A stretch of DNA of 58,222 nt, taken from an uncultured bacterium (lineage in GTDB: Bacteria; B130-G9). The position numbers and the translations under genes are program-made. Position 1 is the first letter of the stretch; each line of letters opens with the position of its first letter. Positions 19,001-28,763 of this stretch are shown here, piece after piece. The DNA lies in the NCBI GenBank assembly GCA_965372715.1, contig CBDVDH010000018.1, positions 1 to 58,222 of the forward strand, written 5' to 3'. The notes beneath the pieces were generated by a model. It did no database searches and was not told the origin of the DNA. It worked only from the letters and a program-made list of their open reading frames with translations.

Positions 19001-20620
19001 TATAGATACGAGGACCCGGAGGACGCGACTCGAAACGTCGCTTGGCAGGATTCGGGAATGTCTCAGGGCCAGGGTCCCGGTTCCTTCAGGTTCGTGTTCC
19101 CGCATGGTCTGGGCGTTTACTATTTCTACACTCAGGCGTCTGATAGGGCGGGCAACATGGAGCCAACTCCGCTGGGGGCGAAGACGAGCGTCCGATACGA
19201 GATCGGCGCCCCGACTTCCAGGTGCTGGGTCAAGACCAGGCCGTTCTCTACTCACATGACGAACGACAAGGATGCTCCGATAGAGATACTATTCGAGTCG
19301 AGCGACGCCAATGGCAACTCCAGCGGCATTCGCGAGGTCAAGCTATACTACGCGTATCTGATGATGCCGCCTGACCCGATCGATGACTGGACCGGGCACG
19401 ACATTGAATGGCGCTTCACTGGTCAGTCGGTCGCGCCCGACGTTGGCTATTTCCACTTTTATCCGAATGACGGTAATGGCTTCTATGGGTTCTACACGCA
19501 GGCCGTTGATTTTGCGGGCAACGCGCAGGAGCGTCCGCTCCTCAAGTTTGATGTCCCGCTCGGGGTTCCTTACTGGGACGCCTACATCACCTACGATGTG
19601 ATTGCGCCGATTTCGGAGTGCTCAACGGCTGAAGGCTCGGTCGAGGACGGCCTGATATGGATCAGTTACCAGGCCGACGACGACCCGTTCCTGTCGGATA
19701 GTTGGCCGGAGCTTGACTATGACACCACGGGCATCTCAATCGTTACGCTCTGGTATCGCTTCAACGGCGGCAGCTGGACGGAAAGCCTCGACCCGAACTG
19801 TTGGGGCTACGGTGAGCAGGGGACGTTTGCCTTCCAGCCGCCTCTGGGCTTCGGGACCTACGGCTTCTGCACGATAGCCGAGGACGTCGCCGGGAACGTG
19901 GAGAACCTCCCGCAGGCGCCAGACTGCACGGTTGTATATGGTCCGTTCGAGCCGCAGATTGAGCTTTCTGCAACGAGCCATGATTTCGGGGTCCTCTCGA
20001 TCGGGGCAATCCAAGAATGGCAGCTGCGGGTATTCAACGTTGGGACAGGAGACCTCGTCGTAACGAATATGTATGTGGACAACCCAGATACATTCACGGT
20101 TGACCCAACGACGGCCCTGATTCCGGCGGGCGAGTGGTTTGATGTGATTGTGGGCTTCCAGCCCTGGCAGATAGGGGTCACGGACGCGACTTTGACGATC
20201 CAGTGCAACGACGAGGACTCGAGGATCAACGAGGTTGGGCTTACCGGGACTGCTGTCGGGCCGTTGGGGCCAACGCTGCTTTTGAGAACGCCGACCCGAC
20301 TCGTGAGGCCCGGCGATGAGATCGTGGCGTCAATCGGCCTTGCCGGCATCCACGAGGACGTCGAGGCGGACCTCTATATCGCCGTCATGCTCCCCACCGG
20401 AGAGGTGCTCTACTACCCCAATTGGTCGTTCGAGCCGACTGGCCTTCGGCTAGCGCTGCCGGCCGGATTTGACCTGCAACCGACGGAGTTCTTGAGGCTG
20501 CAATATATCGCAGGCGTCGTCCCGAAGGGCGAATATAGGCTCTTCGCGGCGCTTGTTGAACCGGGCACACAGTTTGAGTTTATAAGTTCAATCGCAGAGA
20601 CCAAATTGGTTCTGTATTAA
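13001..20620 (+). CDS. Giant secreted repeat protein 2 (2539 aa): propellers, PPC-like domain, PQQ-type propeller, 9 Ig-like repeats, ASH-like domain, shared CTD
   Basis: GGAGG RBS; signal peptide; propeller blades; DAFEPDD...DEDWF; WPMMG followed by SSPxxDxxGxxYFG blades; Ig-like repeats. Confidence 0.88.
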   Translation: MRDRLVVLLMLLFCLGGSAALGQEWYVRVNSDDINAVSGESDSLWAVTNGGGTLLWDMDSMELDKFVTSQPDLYSDEEDIGATVRVWIRDDLLTNSFTSVAVGPSNTVWLGCSEGINVADISSGNAWEFTFTTYTVANSPLPSNLITVVEARPGTEEVWIGTQDAGLAIYDVAAGTWDLYDVSAGLASNRINCIYFDEHERAWIGTDSGVTQINMNFDPWAYLTYTTTDGLPSDFVTGVVEVPCCWVWFATNNGAARVDLNDNWDTYGTWTDGNFVSNDLRGIAPVDSELWMWTELGIIVHDLGTEAWSCFTTDNTGGDLCSDDVRDVFDTGNYLIAGTQGGLCEYDGDWDCFWEEHLASNDLRAIACQDGQVWFGTYGDGANLLSDWDANNDEPGTWETFSYAPSDAIASNYINDIALDNRLDENGVWFATNLGVSYFAYPSLWTTFDISNTSGGLPSDRVMAVALDPRGYDGGVARTWFGTDNGLACYTAGATTHWDTFTTANSGLPSNYVTCLAGEVRGDDYYLWIGTNWGVAVLDVVNDSWTVYDKSNSDILSENVRCLLVDSDGSIWIGTTNGISILDLPNTWTSIRTSTPGSGLGSNAINAMIQGSGNLYWVATSRGLTKFDKSTMTGSRYLPTNSGLINGNVYDVCYQPCVGVWAATRGGASALRQGMPILSDESVEPPVGGPLDDYTFSVHFEDFDGFAPSSATLTVGATAYTMTLASGTADNGYYATTVSLAPGHWTFFFEFVDSDGCQVRHPTGSDVFDGPDIYDAFEPDDRCFDARLIWADGTASAWHNLIPLGTDEDWFYFRAEAYIEYAVTVSAASGASADVEIYQGDCATLAGTGDSSAPFDFVADAGGYYFVRIIDQGSSAASAGAYTLAVSGNQWPMMGHFFTRAATISAIAPHAYCDVLTYSTGPTIASSPAVDPAGNLYFGASYGRLVSVDPLLEERWVFESGDSDPVMVSPALSPDGSAVYFGTQDGYFYAVNTTTGIMDWFYGAGSEIFSSPVVDADGNIYFACYDGTVYSLDAGGGDRWSTSVNCSFLNCSPTLSHTEILYIGSTEGIFYAIGCADGVIDWSYDVSYPIRSTPSVDGDGNIYFGADDGNLYCLNPAGALRWTFETQGAIEGHGAFGATGRYYFGSTDGLFYALDCTATEAVVIWSRDAGGAVHGPAVDGNGRVLYGSDGGTLYSSTSFGALSWSQNVGAPITSSLAIGQDHQLFFVAGYNTVYALRCDNVDPALTFPEVAPMMGMAGDTFTYSVYYTDVNGDNPAKRYVVVDGEPIILEYQATTGRYIYATQSTVEGSPHTYYFYFEDGYGGFARAPKTGVFYGPIVDDAPPRSRCSSPIGTNQPIIEVDFVAADDGSGVSSTRLYYAFSADDDAWPLIADAINTGLTLVGDTGTFMFQPGDGAGYYGFYTVATDRAGFVEDPPLYYYDTITLYDPDPPDSRVANLPSAFASTPFDVTFQVRDDFSDEFTIRLYYRYDHGDWVDSGLDTFVITGFNPMNGYWSGSFLFDATYGQGRYEFFTVATDEMGNTQDYDAAMGLSLYTYYDVITPESQASCEPYTRTLPMNARFTANDDLAGVEGLTVYYRYKGETDWTQANEFDLGGPWLSYSGAFTFGPDVTGGYYGEGEYSFHTIARDAAGNTEPAPQPDTDPDCSVVYDATAPRSHTSASGFLTAGDIPVAYYASDNVSGLSEVRLFYSYGDGAFVRSAYVASGEAGTFDFSPANGDGVYHFYTIATDLCGNVESPPITFDSTTTYDTLPPTSNSYCSRESYMVPILVYYSASDIVSHIAEVTLWFRFEGGEWEDTGMSMEGDSGMFEFMPMPHLGQGRYEFQTISTDTAGHTEAFKDEADCYTELLYVKPSSRGSCDPYTNESPIEISYTTTPNAATIRLTYFYQYGDDWLDVTVATVGTPYTLEFEPKEGEGTYSFRLWASDITGDEEGLKGVDCSTIYDVSIPSSTCSSPEGTWRHYVDIQYTTDDTWSGVDTVALWYRYEDPEDATRNVAWQDSGMSQGQGPGSFRFVFPHGLGVYYFYTQASDRAGNMEPTPLGAKTSVRYEIGAPTSRCWVKTRPFSTHMTNDKDAPIEILFESSDANGNSSGIREVKLYYAYLMMPPDPIDDWTGHDIEWRFTGQSVAPDVGYFHFYPNDGNGFYGFYTQAVDFAGNAQERPLLKFDVPLGVPYWDAYITYDVIAPISECSTAEGSVEDGLIWISYQADDDPFLSDSWPELDYDTTGISIVTLWYRFNGGSWTESLDPNCWGYGEQGTFAFQPPLGFGTYGFCTIAEDVAGNVENLPQAPDCTVVYGPFEPQIELSATSHDFGVLSIGAIQEWQLRVFNVGTGDLVVTNMYVDNPDTFTVDPTTALIPAGEWFDVIVGFQPWQIGVTDATLTIQCNDEDSRINEVGLTGTAVGPLGPTLLLRTPTRLVRPGDEIVASIGLAGIHEDVEADLYIAVMLPTGEVLYYPNWSFEPTGLRLALPAGFDLQPTEFLRLQYIAGVVPKGEYRLFAALVEPGTQFEFISSIAETKLVLY

Positions 20621-20681
20621 GCTGAATTGGCGGCAACTTGCGAATAACGACAACTCAAATATGGGACGGAGGATAATCGGC

Positions 20682-23600
20682 ATGTTAAGGTCGCGCTTTG
20701 TTGCGGTTGGAGTAGCTTTTGCGTTGATGTCCGTTCTCGCCCTTGCTGGCGCGGGGATAACAAAGACAGGCGGAGGCGGGACGCCTCCTCCACCACCGCC
20801 AGGAGATTCAGGATGGCGTGCGTACACGGACATGAATTATACTACTTGCGCGGTCCAGGCTGGCAGCCAGGTATGGGTAGGCACGAGTTACGCGGGTCTC
20901 GCCGTGTACGATGTCACGACAGCCAACTTGCTCGCCAAGTATCACGGCGCTAAGGACGCGCTTGCGGCGCCGGAGACGATAGTCCACTTGGTGGATCTAC
21001 CGTCCGATAGTATTCTCGACATCGTCACGCAGAACGATATCGTGTGGGCTGCCACTGACGAGGGACTTGTGAGGATCAATCCGTCGGGGCCCACATTCAA
21101 GACCTATACGAGGCTCGACTGCGGGCTCTCATCCGACTACATCAGAAGGATCATGCTCGACGTGAATCCGGCTGAGCCTGACAGAATCTACTTCATGACG
21201 GATTACGGGGTTTGCTCCGCCACGTATGACTACGTGGGCGATGACTGGAACGACGACTGGGAGTATTTCAACAGCTGGCAATACCCGCCCAATGACTACA
21301 ATTGCGGCTTTGCGTCTGACAACGTCTTCTGCATAGGGTTCGAGCAGTGCGCGGACGAACGTGTCTTCTTCGGGACAGACTGCGGCGTCTTGGTCTTCGA
21401 TCCCTCTATGCCGGAAGATGATGCGATGCGTTGGTTCTGCTGGGATACCTCAAACAGTGGTCTCCCCTCGAATCTCGTCATCGATGTGGCCTTTGCCGAG
21501 TGCAGGGAGCTCTTCTTCGCGACAAACGATGGCCTCGCGGCGCTCGAGGACGGTGAATGGCGGATTTACACCCGGGCTAGCACCGCTTCGCTCGGGCTCT
21601 TGGATGACGACATCGTCAGGATGATCGTCGATCCGGACGATGACACACTTCTCTGGCTGGCAACTCCGCGCGGAGTCAACATCTACGATCGCGTGAATGA
21701 CACCTGGTCCAGATTCACCTGTGGCGACAGCGATCTCGTTTGGGACGACGTCCGGGGCATGAGTTTCTCAGGGAGCAACGCGTGTTTCGCGACTGCCTAT
21801 GGCGTAAGCCTGCGGGAGCCACCGGGGACGTTGTGGAGGACGTATTTGGACCCACTTGCGTTCAGGGGCTGCGTTTCCGCGTTGGGTTTCTATTCTTATT
21901 ACGATCTGATGTTTGTTGGCACGTATGGCGGAGGCCTGTATATCCTCGATGACGGCGATCCCGCCACACCAGATTGGGAACACTACACGGTGGGCGACGG
22001 TTCGGGGCTTCCCAGCAACTTCATTACAGCGATTGACATGGTCGATGACGAAGATTACGTCATGTTTCTCGGCACTGACGAGGGATTCGCGGTCGGCGAG
22101 GGTGACTACGATGATTTGGACTTCACGACCTACAACATGTCAAACACGAGTGGAGGACTGATATCCAACGCTGTGACCGCAGTTGCGGCATACGAGGGCG
22201 CCGATGAACTGGCGCTGATCGGCACGCAGCATGGTCTGGCTGTTTACGACAACAGGTTTCCCTCCCAGGGTTTGAGATGGACGTTCGCGACGGTCGAAAG
22301 CAGCGGCGGAGGCCTGGCTGATGACTGGGTAAATGATGTTGCTGTTTCTCGGGACGGCTCGACGTTCTGGCTGGCCACGATGTGGGGAGCTTCATCGTAC
22401 GATCCGATTGCTGATGTCTGGCAGACTTTCCGAACCACTAATTCAGGACTCATCTCGGATATCGTCTTCTGCGTAGATGTTGACCCTGAGGGGAATCCCT
22501 GGTTCGGGACGATGCGTGGGGTCTGCACGTGCGCGCCGGACGGGACGAATTGGCACAGCTATCGGAAGAACAACACCGGTCTTGCCTCGGACATCGTGCT
22601 TAGCATTGAGGTTGACTACGCGGGTTACGTCTGGGCTGGGACAGACGCCGGCCTTTCTTGTCTCAATCCCGGGTTGGGCGTGTGTGACTACAACTACTTC
22701 GTTGATGATAGCGGCCTGTTCAGCAATCGCATCTGCTCGATTGACGTTGATGCGTATGGCAACAGGTGGTTCGGAACGCAGGTTGGCGTGTCCGAGCTCC
22801 TGAACCGGGGGCCAAGCCTCTACGGCGGAATGGTGACGCCGGATTCGGGTGACAGAACCACGGTCTTCACATACTCAGTCCATTACTCCGATCCCGAATG
22901 TGAGGCGCCGGTCGAGATCTATGTAAGAATTGACAGCGGGTCGCCCATCGACTTGACACTTGTGTCTGGCGACTATTGCGACGGGACGTGGGAGTTCTCG
23001 ATAACCGGCGATGTTCTCCAGCCGGGGCCACATGATTTCAGGTTTTATGCGAATGAGGCGGAATACAACTGGGTCAACGATGGGCCTTACTCCGGGCCTA
23101 CTGTCTCCGCAGCGCCATATTCGCCCGATCCTTATGAGTGGGACGATTCGTGCACGGCTGCGACGCTTCTTCCAACGGATGGCACGTGGCACGACGGTCA
23201 CAACCTCGAGCCGCCGGGAGATGAGGACTGGTTCGCTTTCGACGCGGAATACAACATAACCTACGTCATCGACGTCGAGGATGACAACGATCCCGACTAT
23301 GCGGGCAATGTATATCTGTATGACCTGGGCGATCCCTGCCCCGGTGCGCTGCTTCGCGAGGACCTCGGCAGCGACGAGGCGCACATCGTCTTCCCCTGCC
23401 TGGTGACCGGGAGATACTACATCAAGGTAGAGCAGGCCAACCCTGCCGAGGTGGGTGCATATAAGATCAGGGTCTATGGCCCGCAGTGGCCGATGATTCA
23501 AAGAGACCTTGAGCGCGCTGGCGCCGCCGTTGGCGATGGTCCTTCAACCACGAATCTGCTGTGGATATACACGATACCTGTGGACATCATCACGACCGCG

Positions 23601-26600
23601 CCGGTCGTGGATGGTCAGGGGAACGTCTATTTTGGTACGAGCGATAACAGCCTGCTCGCCGTTGCAACCGATGGGACGCTGAAGTGGTCCTATCATACTG
23701 CCGACGCTGTTTCCGCGACCCCCGCGTTGACTTATGATGAGAAGATCATCTTTGCGACTGAAGGCGGTGAGCTTTACGCCTTAAACAGCGACGGCACGCA
23801 GGCCTGGGTCTATAACGGGGCGTTGGGCAACGCAATCCACGCCGGCGTTACTGTCAATAGAGTCGAGAACTACACGATCTACTTCGGGGCCGACAACGGC
23901 GTTCTCTACGCCGTCCACAGCAACGGAACTGGCAAGTGGCAGTATGCGCCTCCTGTTCCGGATGAGATTACCGGCACGATCATGGTCGGCGAGCTCGAGA
24001 ACATATACTTCGGCGGCGGTTGCGGCACGTTCCACGTTCTGTTCCCGGATGGGACGTTGGCGTGGAATTACGAGACTGGGCTTTACGATAACGAAATGGC
24101 GGCGGCGATGGCCACGGATGGCTCGATCTTCTTCGGAACCTCGACGAGGAGGTTCTGCTGCGTTGAGCCTCCGGCGCCGCCTGACATGCCGGGCGCAGGG
24201 ACGCTTCGCTGGGACGTCATCATGCCGGCGAGCGTCTATTCGGTACCTGTGATCGCTCCGGACGGGACTGTGTTCTTCGGCTGCGACGACGGCATACTGT
24301 ACTCGATGGGTCAGCACAGCACCGCGACGACAGTCGTGTTTGACGTGGGCGCCCCGATACGCTCGGCGCTCGTCATAGACGGCTCGGGGAAGATCTACTT
24401 CGGCGCCGACAGCAACAAGTATTATTGCATCACTTCCGACGGGACCCTCGTTTGGGACACCGACAACCTGCTGGAGCCGCCGGCCTTCTCATGTGCGATC
24501 GACAAGTATGGTACGCTATATTGGGCGAAACCCGACGGCAAGCTGGTCGCGTTCAATGACATAGTTGTGCCCGACTTCATGCCTCCGGCGTCGGACTGCT
24601 GGTCCCCGACGTTCGCCAACGCCTCAACTGTTCCAATCGTCGTAGGCTTCAACTCCTGGGACACGGGCCAGCGAAAGACCGGCGTTGCCTACACCGAGCT
24701 GTGGGTTGCTCTTGACGGAGGGTTGTGGGGGCCCAGCGGTCTGAGTGCGAAGCTCGGCACAAGCGGCGAGTTTGCGTTCATGCCGACTGTCGAGGGTGTG
24801 TTCGATTTCGCGACGGTGGCCTATGACAATGCCACGCCGCCCAACTCGGAGTTCTTGCCATTCGTGCCCAAGACGACGACGGTCTTTGATGAGACGATGC
24901 CGACCTCGCTTTGTGATGTGGAGCATTACGTAATAGACAAAGCGGACATCGAGGTTGATTACACACTGGAAGACGACCTTAGCGGGCCGGCAAAGACCAG
25001 GCTTTGGCTTCGTTTCAATGACGGGATGTGGAGCTACAGCGGCCTCGAGGAGCCCGGCGCCGCAGGGACGTTCATTATTACGCTGCCTGAGGACAACGAT
25101 GGCAGCTATTATTTCATCACTCAAGGCGTTGACAACGCGGAGAATTGGGAGCTTGCGCCCTGGGATGCGAGCGAGCCGGAGGCCTGGCTCATCTATGATA
25201 GAGTGCCGCCCACTTCGGCTTGCACGGCGCCTCTTGAGGTAGAAACCGCGCCAATCCCCGTGGGCTATACCGCCGTCGATATCGGGAGCGGGGTAGATTC
25301 TGTTTCAATCTACTATACGTATAACGACGACGGGGCAGACCTCGCTGCCTGGCGGCGCTATCCCGCGACCGGGGCAGGGCAGGTCGGCTCCCTCGAGTTC
25401 ACGCCACGACCTCAATCGCCCTGGAACGAAGGACCCGGCCAATACCTCTTTGTTTCTTGCGCTCGGGACAAATGCGGCAACGTGGAGGACTTCGCCAGAG
25501 CCATAGGCGAGGGCAATGTTGCTACAACGACTTACCGACCAGGACGTCCTACTTGCGTCGCCTCGTGCGAGCCTTACACAAACTCACTCCCGATTCTGAT
25601 TGATTACGTCGCGACGGACAGAAGCGGCATGGGGATCGCCAGCGTGAGCCTCTACTACAGCCCGCAGGGTCAGTTGGAGATGTTCACGGGGCAAATCCAA
25701 TACGGGGTGGATTCGGGCACGTTTGTTTACAGCGGGCCGGCCGGTAATCCTCTGGCAGACGGTATGTATGGCTTTAGGGTCGAGGCGCATGACATGGCCG
25801 GGTCTGTCCAAGCCGACGGGCTGGGGAGGTGCGCGATACTGCTCGACCGCAACGCGGGGATATCGAGGGCCAGCGGCCCTGCATTCTCCATAGGCGGCCC
25901 AATTAGCATTGAATACACGGCCTGGGATGACTTGTCTGGCGTCGATAGCGTTATGATACTCTGCCGGTACATAACCGGTGGCTGGGTGAGCCCGATGCTC
26001 TTTGGTGAGGGCGAGTTCGGCGTGATTGAGTTCGATGCGCTGGGCGGTGACGGTCCCTATGACTTTTACTCGATCATGCAGGACAAGGCCGGGAACGTTG
26101 AGGCAGCTCCCGACGTCCCAGATTTCACGACCATTCGCGACACGGCTGCACCGTCTTCGTATGTCATTGCGCCGGGTCTGGTCAGCGTTTCTCCGGTCGA
26201 GGTGGTATATCAGTGCGATTCCGACCTTTCGGGCGTTGCGAGGGTTGATCTGCTCGTCACGCCACCGGGCGGTGCTGAATGGATTGAGTCGGGTCTTTCG
26301 AGCACGGAGCCTTCTGGCACGTTCTATCTCCCGCTGGAGAGCGGAGAAGGGCTCTATAAGGTCGTTACAAGGGCGACGGACGGCGCCGGTAACGTTGAGC
26401 TGATTGCCTCTTGGGCGGAGGTAACGTTTGACGCGTCTGCTCCCGTCAGCACTTGTTCTGGGCCGTTCGCAACGCCGGATGCGCCAATCGACATCGACTT
26501 TTCCGCCACTGATGCAATCTCAGAGGTCCTTGATGTTGAGCTTTGGTATCGATACGCGGCCATAATTGGCCAGCTGCCGGGTGACTGGGTTGCGCTTGCG

Positions 26601-28658
26601 ACTCCGGCCACAGTGGCCAGCGGGGTTTTCGTGTTCGCTCCGCCTTTGGACGAGGGCATATACGACTTCTACACGCTTGCGACCGACATAGCGGGCAACA
26701 GCGAGCCTCAGCCCGACTTCCGCACGTTCCCCAAGGCGACGGTTCGTTACGACGTGACGCCGCCGGTCTCGAATACCCTCATTTGCGTTATCGTGGGCGA
26801 TGACGAGCGAGAGTGCTCAACGGTGCGCTTCGTGACGGAACTCCCGTTCATCGTCTCGTTTGTTGCCACCGACCGCGTCAGCGGCGTCGTCCGCACCACG
26901 ATATACTATCGCTTCAATGGCGGGACATGGAGGGACATAGGCTGGACGACGGACCTTCCCATCGGCCAGTTCGTGTTTGATATCGACCACGGTGTAGGCG
27001 CTTATGACTTCGTTAGCATAAGCCGCGATGCGGCGGGTAATCAGGAGCCGCTGGGAGACGCCAAGTGCACGGCGCACATCGACCTTGATGCGCCTTCCTC
27101 GACGTGCGCATCCGATGAGTATGTCTCTGCCGCAACGATACTTGTCAGCTACACGGCCGAGGACGACAGCGACTTCGTCGATACCGACCTCTACTACAGA
27201 GAGGACGAGGGCGTGTGGACGGATTCCGGTCTCACAGGTCACGACATGGTTGGGACACTGGAGTTTGCGCCTGACGACGACGGCATATACGACTTCTTCA
27301 CTCACGCACGCGATATGGCTGGGCGTTCAGAGATAATGAAGAACGAGCCAGAATGCACGACGATTTACGATACTACGCCGCCGTCCTCGTTCGTAGAGAT
27401 GCCGGCGTATGTCTCGACGGCGACTATTACGAACCTCGAATGTCATGGTTTGGACAACATCTCCGGCATCTTCAACATCCGCATATACTCGCGGCTCGAG
27501 GCCGGCGAGTTCACGTTTACGGGGCTAGAGACCGACGACAGCGAGGACGTGTTCACGTATTACCTGTCTGAAGGCGAAGGTAGATACGAGTTCTTCTCTA
27601 TCGCGAGAGACATGGCTGGAAACGTTCAGGCCACGCCTCCCTCGGTTACGCCTTGTTATCTTGATATGACGCCGCCGACGAGTTCCTGTGTGAGTGTTCG
27701 CATTTATGGACCACTCATGCTCATCCAGTATCTGCTAGAGGATAATCTTAGCGGTATATCTATTGGCGCCGACATTCATCTGTGGTTCAGTTTGGATGGC
27801 GGTGAGTGGCAGGAGGCCACGCGGGCCACAACTGGGTTCCCACTAGACAGGTGGTTCAGGTTCGAGCCGCCTCAAGAAAGAGGCGAGTATTCATTCTATA
27901 CGATCGCGGTAGATCGAGCTGGCAACGTTGAGCCGCCGCCGGCCGAGGCAGATGTTACCTTTACCTTCTCCGAGGTAAAGACATTCCCGGAGGCCTTGGA
28001 CTTCGGCAAGGTGTTTCTTGGCCAGTCCAGCATCGAGGACCTTCAACTGATCAACGTGGGCACCGCCGATATCAGTGTTACGGCAGTTGTGGCGGTCAGC
28101 TCTGAGGGGTATCTTTCCGAGCACTTCCGTGCGATCAGCAGCATACCGGTGACTGTCCCGGCGGAGGATTACAACACAATTGCCGTGAGGTTCACTCCCG
28201 CAACGCTGGGGACGATCACAGCGGTCCTAAGGATTTGGTGGCAGGAGATAGGTTCCCATCGCGGCGGGATAACCAACGTCGATATGGTTGGCTTCGGAGA
28301 TGAGCCGTCCCCACCCACGATTGGCATTGAGGCAAGATCATCAGCTGAGAGAGGCGATGAGGAGATGATTGTCGAGGCTTCGCTCGCCAACCCGGGTCCA
28401 AGCCGTGAGGTCGAGGCGTTCGTCGCTGTCGAAGACCCTGTGGGGAATCTCTGGTTCTGGCCGGAGTGGACGATGGATGTGTCGGGCATTCATCTTGATC
28501 TTCCTGACGGGTTTGAGCTCTCAGGCTACGAGCTCATGAGGGTCCCGCTCAGCGGCGTATTGCCGGGCAGCTACACCTTCTACGCCGCGCTTGCGGTGCC
28601 GGGCACCAGGTTTGAATTCATCGGTTCAGTATCGGTCGCTCATTTCGACGTCAATTAG
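20682..28658 (+). CDS. Giant secreted repeat protein 3 (~2658 aa): same architecture, 11 Ig-like repeats, shared CTD
   Basis: GGAGG at 20668-20672 favours ATG 20682 over 20661; signal peptide then GGGGTPPPPPPG; propellers, DPYEWDD, WPM/PQQ-type propeller, Ig-like repeats. Confidence 0.87.
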   Translation: MLRSRFVAVGVAFALMSVLALAGAGITKTGGGGTPPPPPPGDSGWRAYTDMNYTTCAVQAGSQVWVGTSYAGLAVYDVTTANLLAKYHGAKDALAAPETIVHLVDLPSDSILDIVTQNDIVWAATDEGLVRINPSGPTFKTYTRLDCGLSSDYIRRIMLDVNPAEPDRIYFMTDYGVCSATYDYVGDDWNDDWEYFNSWQYPPNDYNCGFASDNVFCIGFEQCADERVFFGTDCGVLVFDPSMPEDDAMRWFCWDTSNSGLPSNLVIDVAFAECRELFFATNDGLAALEDGEWRIYTRASTASLGLLDDDIVRMIVDPDDDTLLWLATPRGVNIYDRVNDTWSRFTCGDSDLVWDDVRGMSFSGSNACFATAYGVSLREPPGTLWRTYLDPLAFRGCVSALGFYSYYDLMFVGTYGGGLYILDDGDPATPDWEHYTVGDGSGLPSNFITAIDMVDDEDYVMFLGTDEGFAVGEGDYDDLDFTTYNMSNTSGGLISNAVTAVAAYEGADELALIGTQHGLAVYDNRFPSQGLRWTFATVESSGGGLADDWVNDVAVSRDGSTFWLATMWGASSYDPIADVWQTFRTTNSGLISDIVFCVDVDPEGNPWFGTMRGVCTCAPDGTNWHSYRKNNTGLASDIVLSIEVDYAGYVWAGTDAGLSCLNPGLGVCDYNYFVDDSGLFSNRICSIDVDAYGNRWFGTQVGVSELLNRGPSLYGGMVTPDSGDRTTVFTYSVHYSDPECEAPVEIYVRIDSGSPIDLTLVSGDYCDGTWEFSITGDVLQPGPHDFRFYANEAEYNWVNDGPYSGPTVSAAPYSPDPYEWDDSCTAATLLPTDGTWHDGHNLEPPGDEDWFAFDAEYNITYVIDVEDDNDPDYAGNVYLYDLGDPCPGALLREDLGSDEAHIVFPCLVTGRYYIKVEQANPAEVGAYKIRVYGPQWPMIQRDLERAGAAVGDGPSTTNLLWIYTIPVDIITTAPVVDGQGNVYFGTSDNSLLAVATDGTLKWSYHTADAVSATPALTYDEKIIFATEGGELYALNSDGTQAWVYNGALGNAIHAGVTVNRVENYTIYFGADNGVLYAVHSNGTGKWQYAPPVPDEITGTIMVGELENIYFGGGCGTFHVLFPDGTLAWNYETGLYDNEMAAAMATDGSIFFGTSTRRFCCVEPPAPPDMPGAGTLRWDVIMPASVYSVPVIAPDGTVFFGCDDGILYSMGQHSTATTVVFDVGAPIRSALVIDGSGKIYFGADSNKYYCITSDGTLVWDTDNLLEPPAFSCAIDKYGTLYWAKPDGKLVAFNDIVVPDFMPPASDCWSPTFANASTVPIVVGFNSWDTGQRKTGVAYTELWVALDGGLWGPSGLSAKLGTSGEFAFMPTVEGVFDFATVAYDNATPPNSEFLPFVPKTTTVFDETMPTSLCDVEHYVIDKADIEVDYTLEDDLSGPAKTRLWLRFNDGMWSYSGLEEPGAAGTFIITLPEDNDGSYYFITQGVDNAENWELAPWDASEPEAWLIYDRVPPTSACTAPLEVETAPIPVGYTAVDIGSGVDSVSIYYTYNDDGADLAAWRRYPATGAGQVGSLEFTPRPQSPWNEGPGQYLFVSCARDKCGNVEDFARAIGEGNVATTTYRPGRPTCVASCEPYTNSLPILIDYVATDRSGMGIASVSLYYSPQGQLEMFTGQIQYGVDSGTFVYSGPAGNPLADGMYGFRVEAHDMAGSVQADGLGRCAILLDRNAGISRASGPAFSIGGPISIEYTAWDDLSGVDSVMILCRYITGGWVSPMLFGEGEFGVIEFDALGGDGPYDFYSIMQDKAGNVEAAPDVPDFTTIRDTAAPSSYVIAPGLVSVSPVEVVYQCDSDLSGVARVDLLVTPPGGAEWIESGLSSTEPSGTFYLPLESGEGLYKVVTRATDGAGNVELIASWAEVTFDASAPVSTCSGPFATPDAPIDIDFSATDAISEVLDVELWYRYAAIIGQLPGDWVALATPATVASGVFVFAPPLDEGIYDFYTLATDIAGNSEPQPDFRTFPKATVRYDVTPPVSNTLICVIVGDDERECSTVRFVTELPFIVSFVATDRVSGVVRTTIYYRFNGGTWRDIGWTTDLPIGQFVFDIDHGVGAYDFVSISRDAAGNQEPLGDAKCTAHIDLDAPSSTCASDEYVSAATILVSYTAEDDSDFVDTDLYYREDEGVWTDSGLTGHDMVGTLEFAPDDDGIYDFFTHARDMAGRSEIMKNEPECTTIYDTTPPSSFVEMPAYVSTATITNLECHGLDNISGIFNIRIYSRLEAGEFTFTGLETDDSEDVFTYYLSEGEGRYEFFSIARDMAGNVQATPPSVTPCYLDMTPPTSSCVSVRIYGPLMLIQYLLEDNLSGISIGADIHLWFSLDGGEWQEATRATTGFPLDRWFRFEPPQERGEYSFYTIAVDRAGNVEPPPAEADVTFTFSEVKTFPEALDFGKVFLGQSSIEDLQLINVGTADISVTAVVAVSSEGYLSEHFRAISSIPVTVPAEDYNTIAVRFTPATLGTITAVLRIWWQEIGSHRGGITNVDMVGFGDEPSPPTIGIEARSSAERGDEEMIVEASLANPGPSREVEAFVAVEDPVGNLWFWPEWTMDVSGIHLDLPDGFELSGYELMRVPLSGVLPGSYTFYAALAVPGTRFEFIGSVSVAHFDVN

Positions 28659-28763
28659 GCCTTTTGAGAGCTAAACGTTGGCGTTGAGTAGAGGATAATC
28701 GTTCGATAATGATGATATAGAAAGCGGATTTCTATTAACGGTTGAAGTAGGAGGGATTCTATT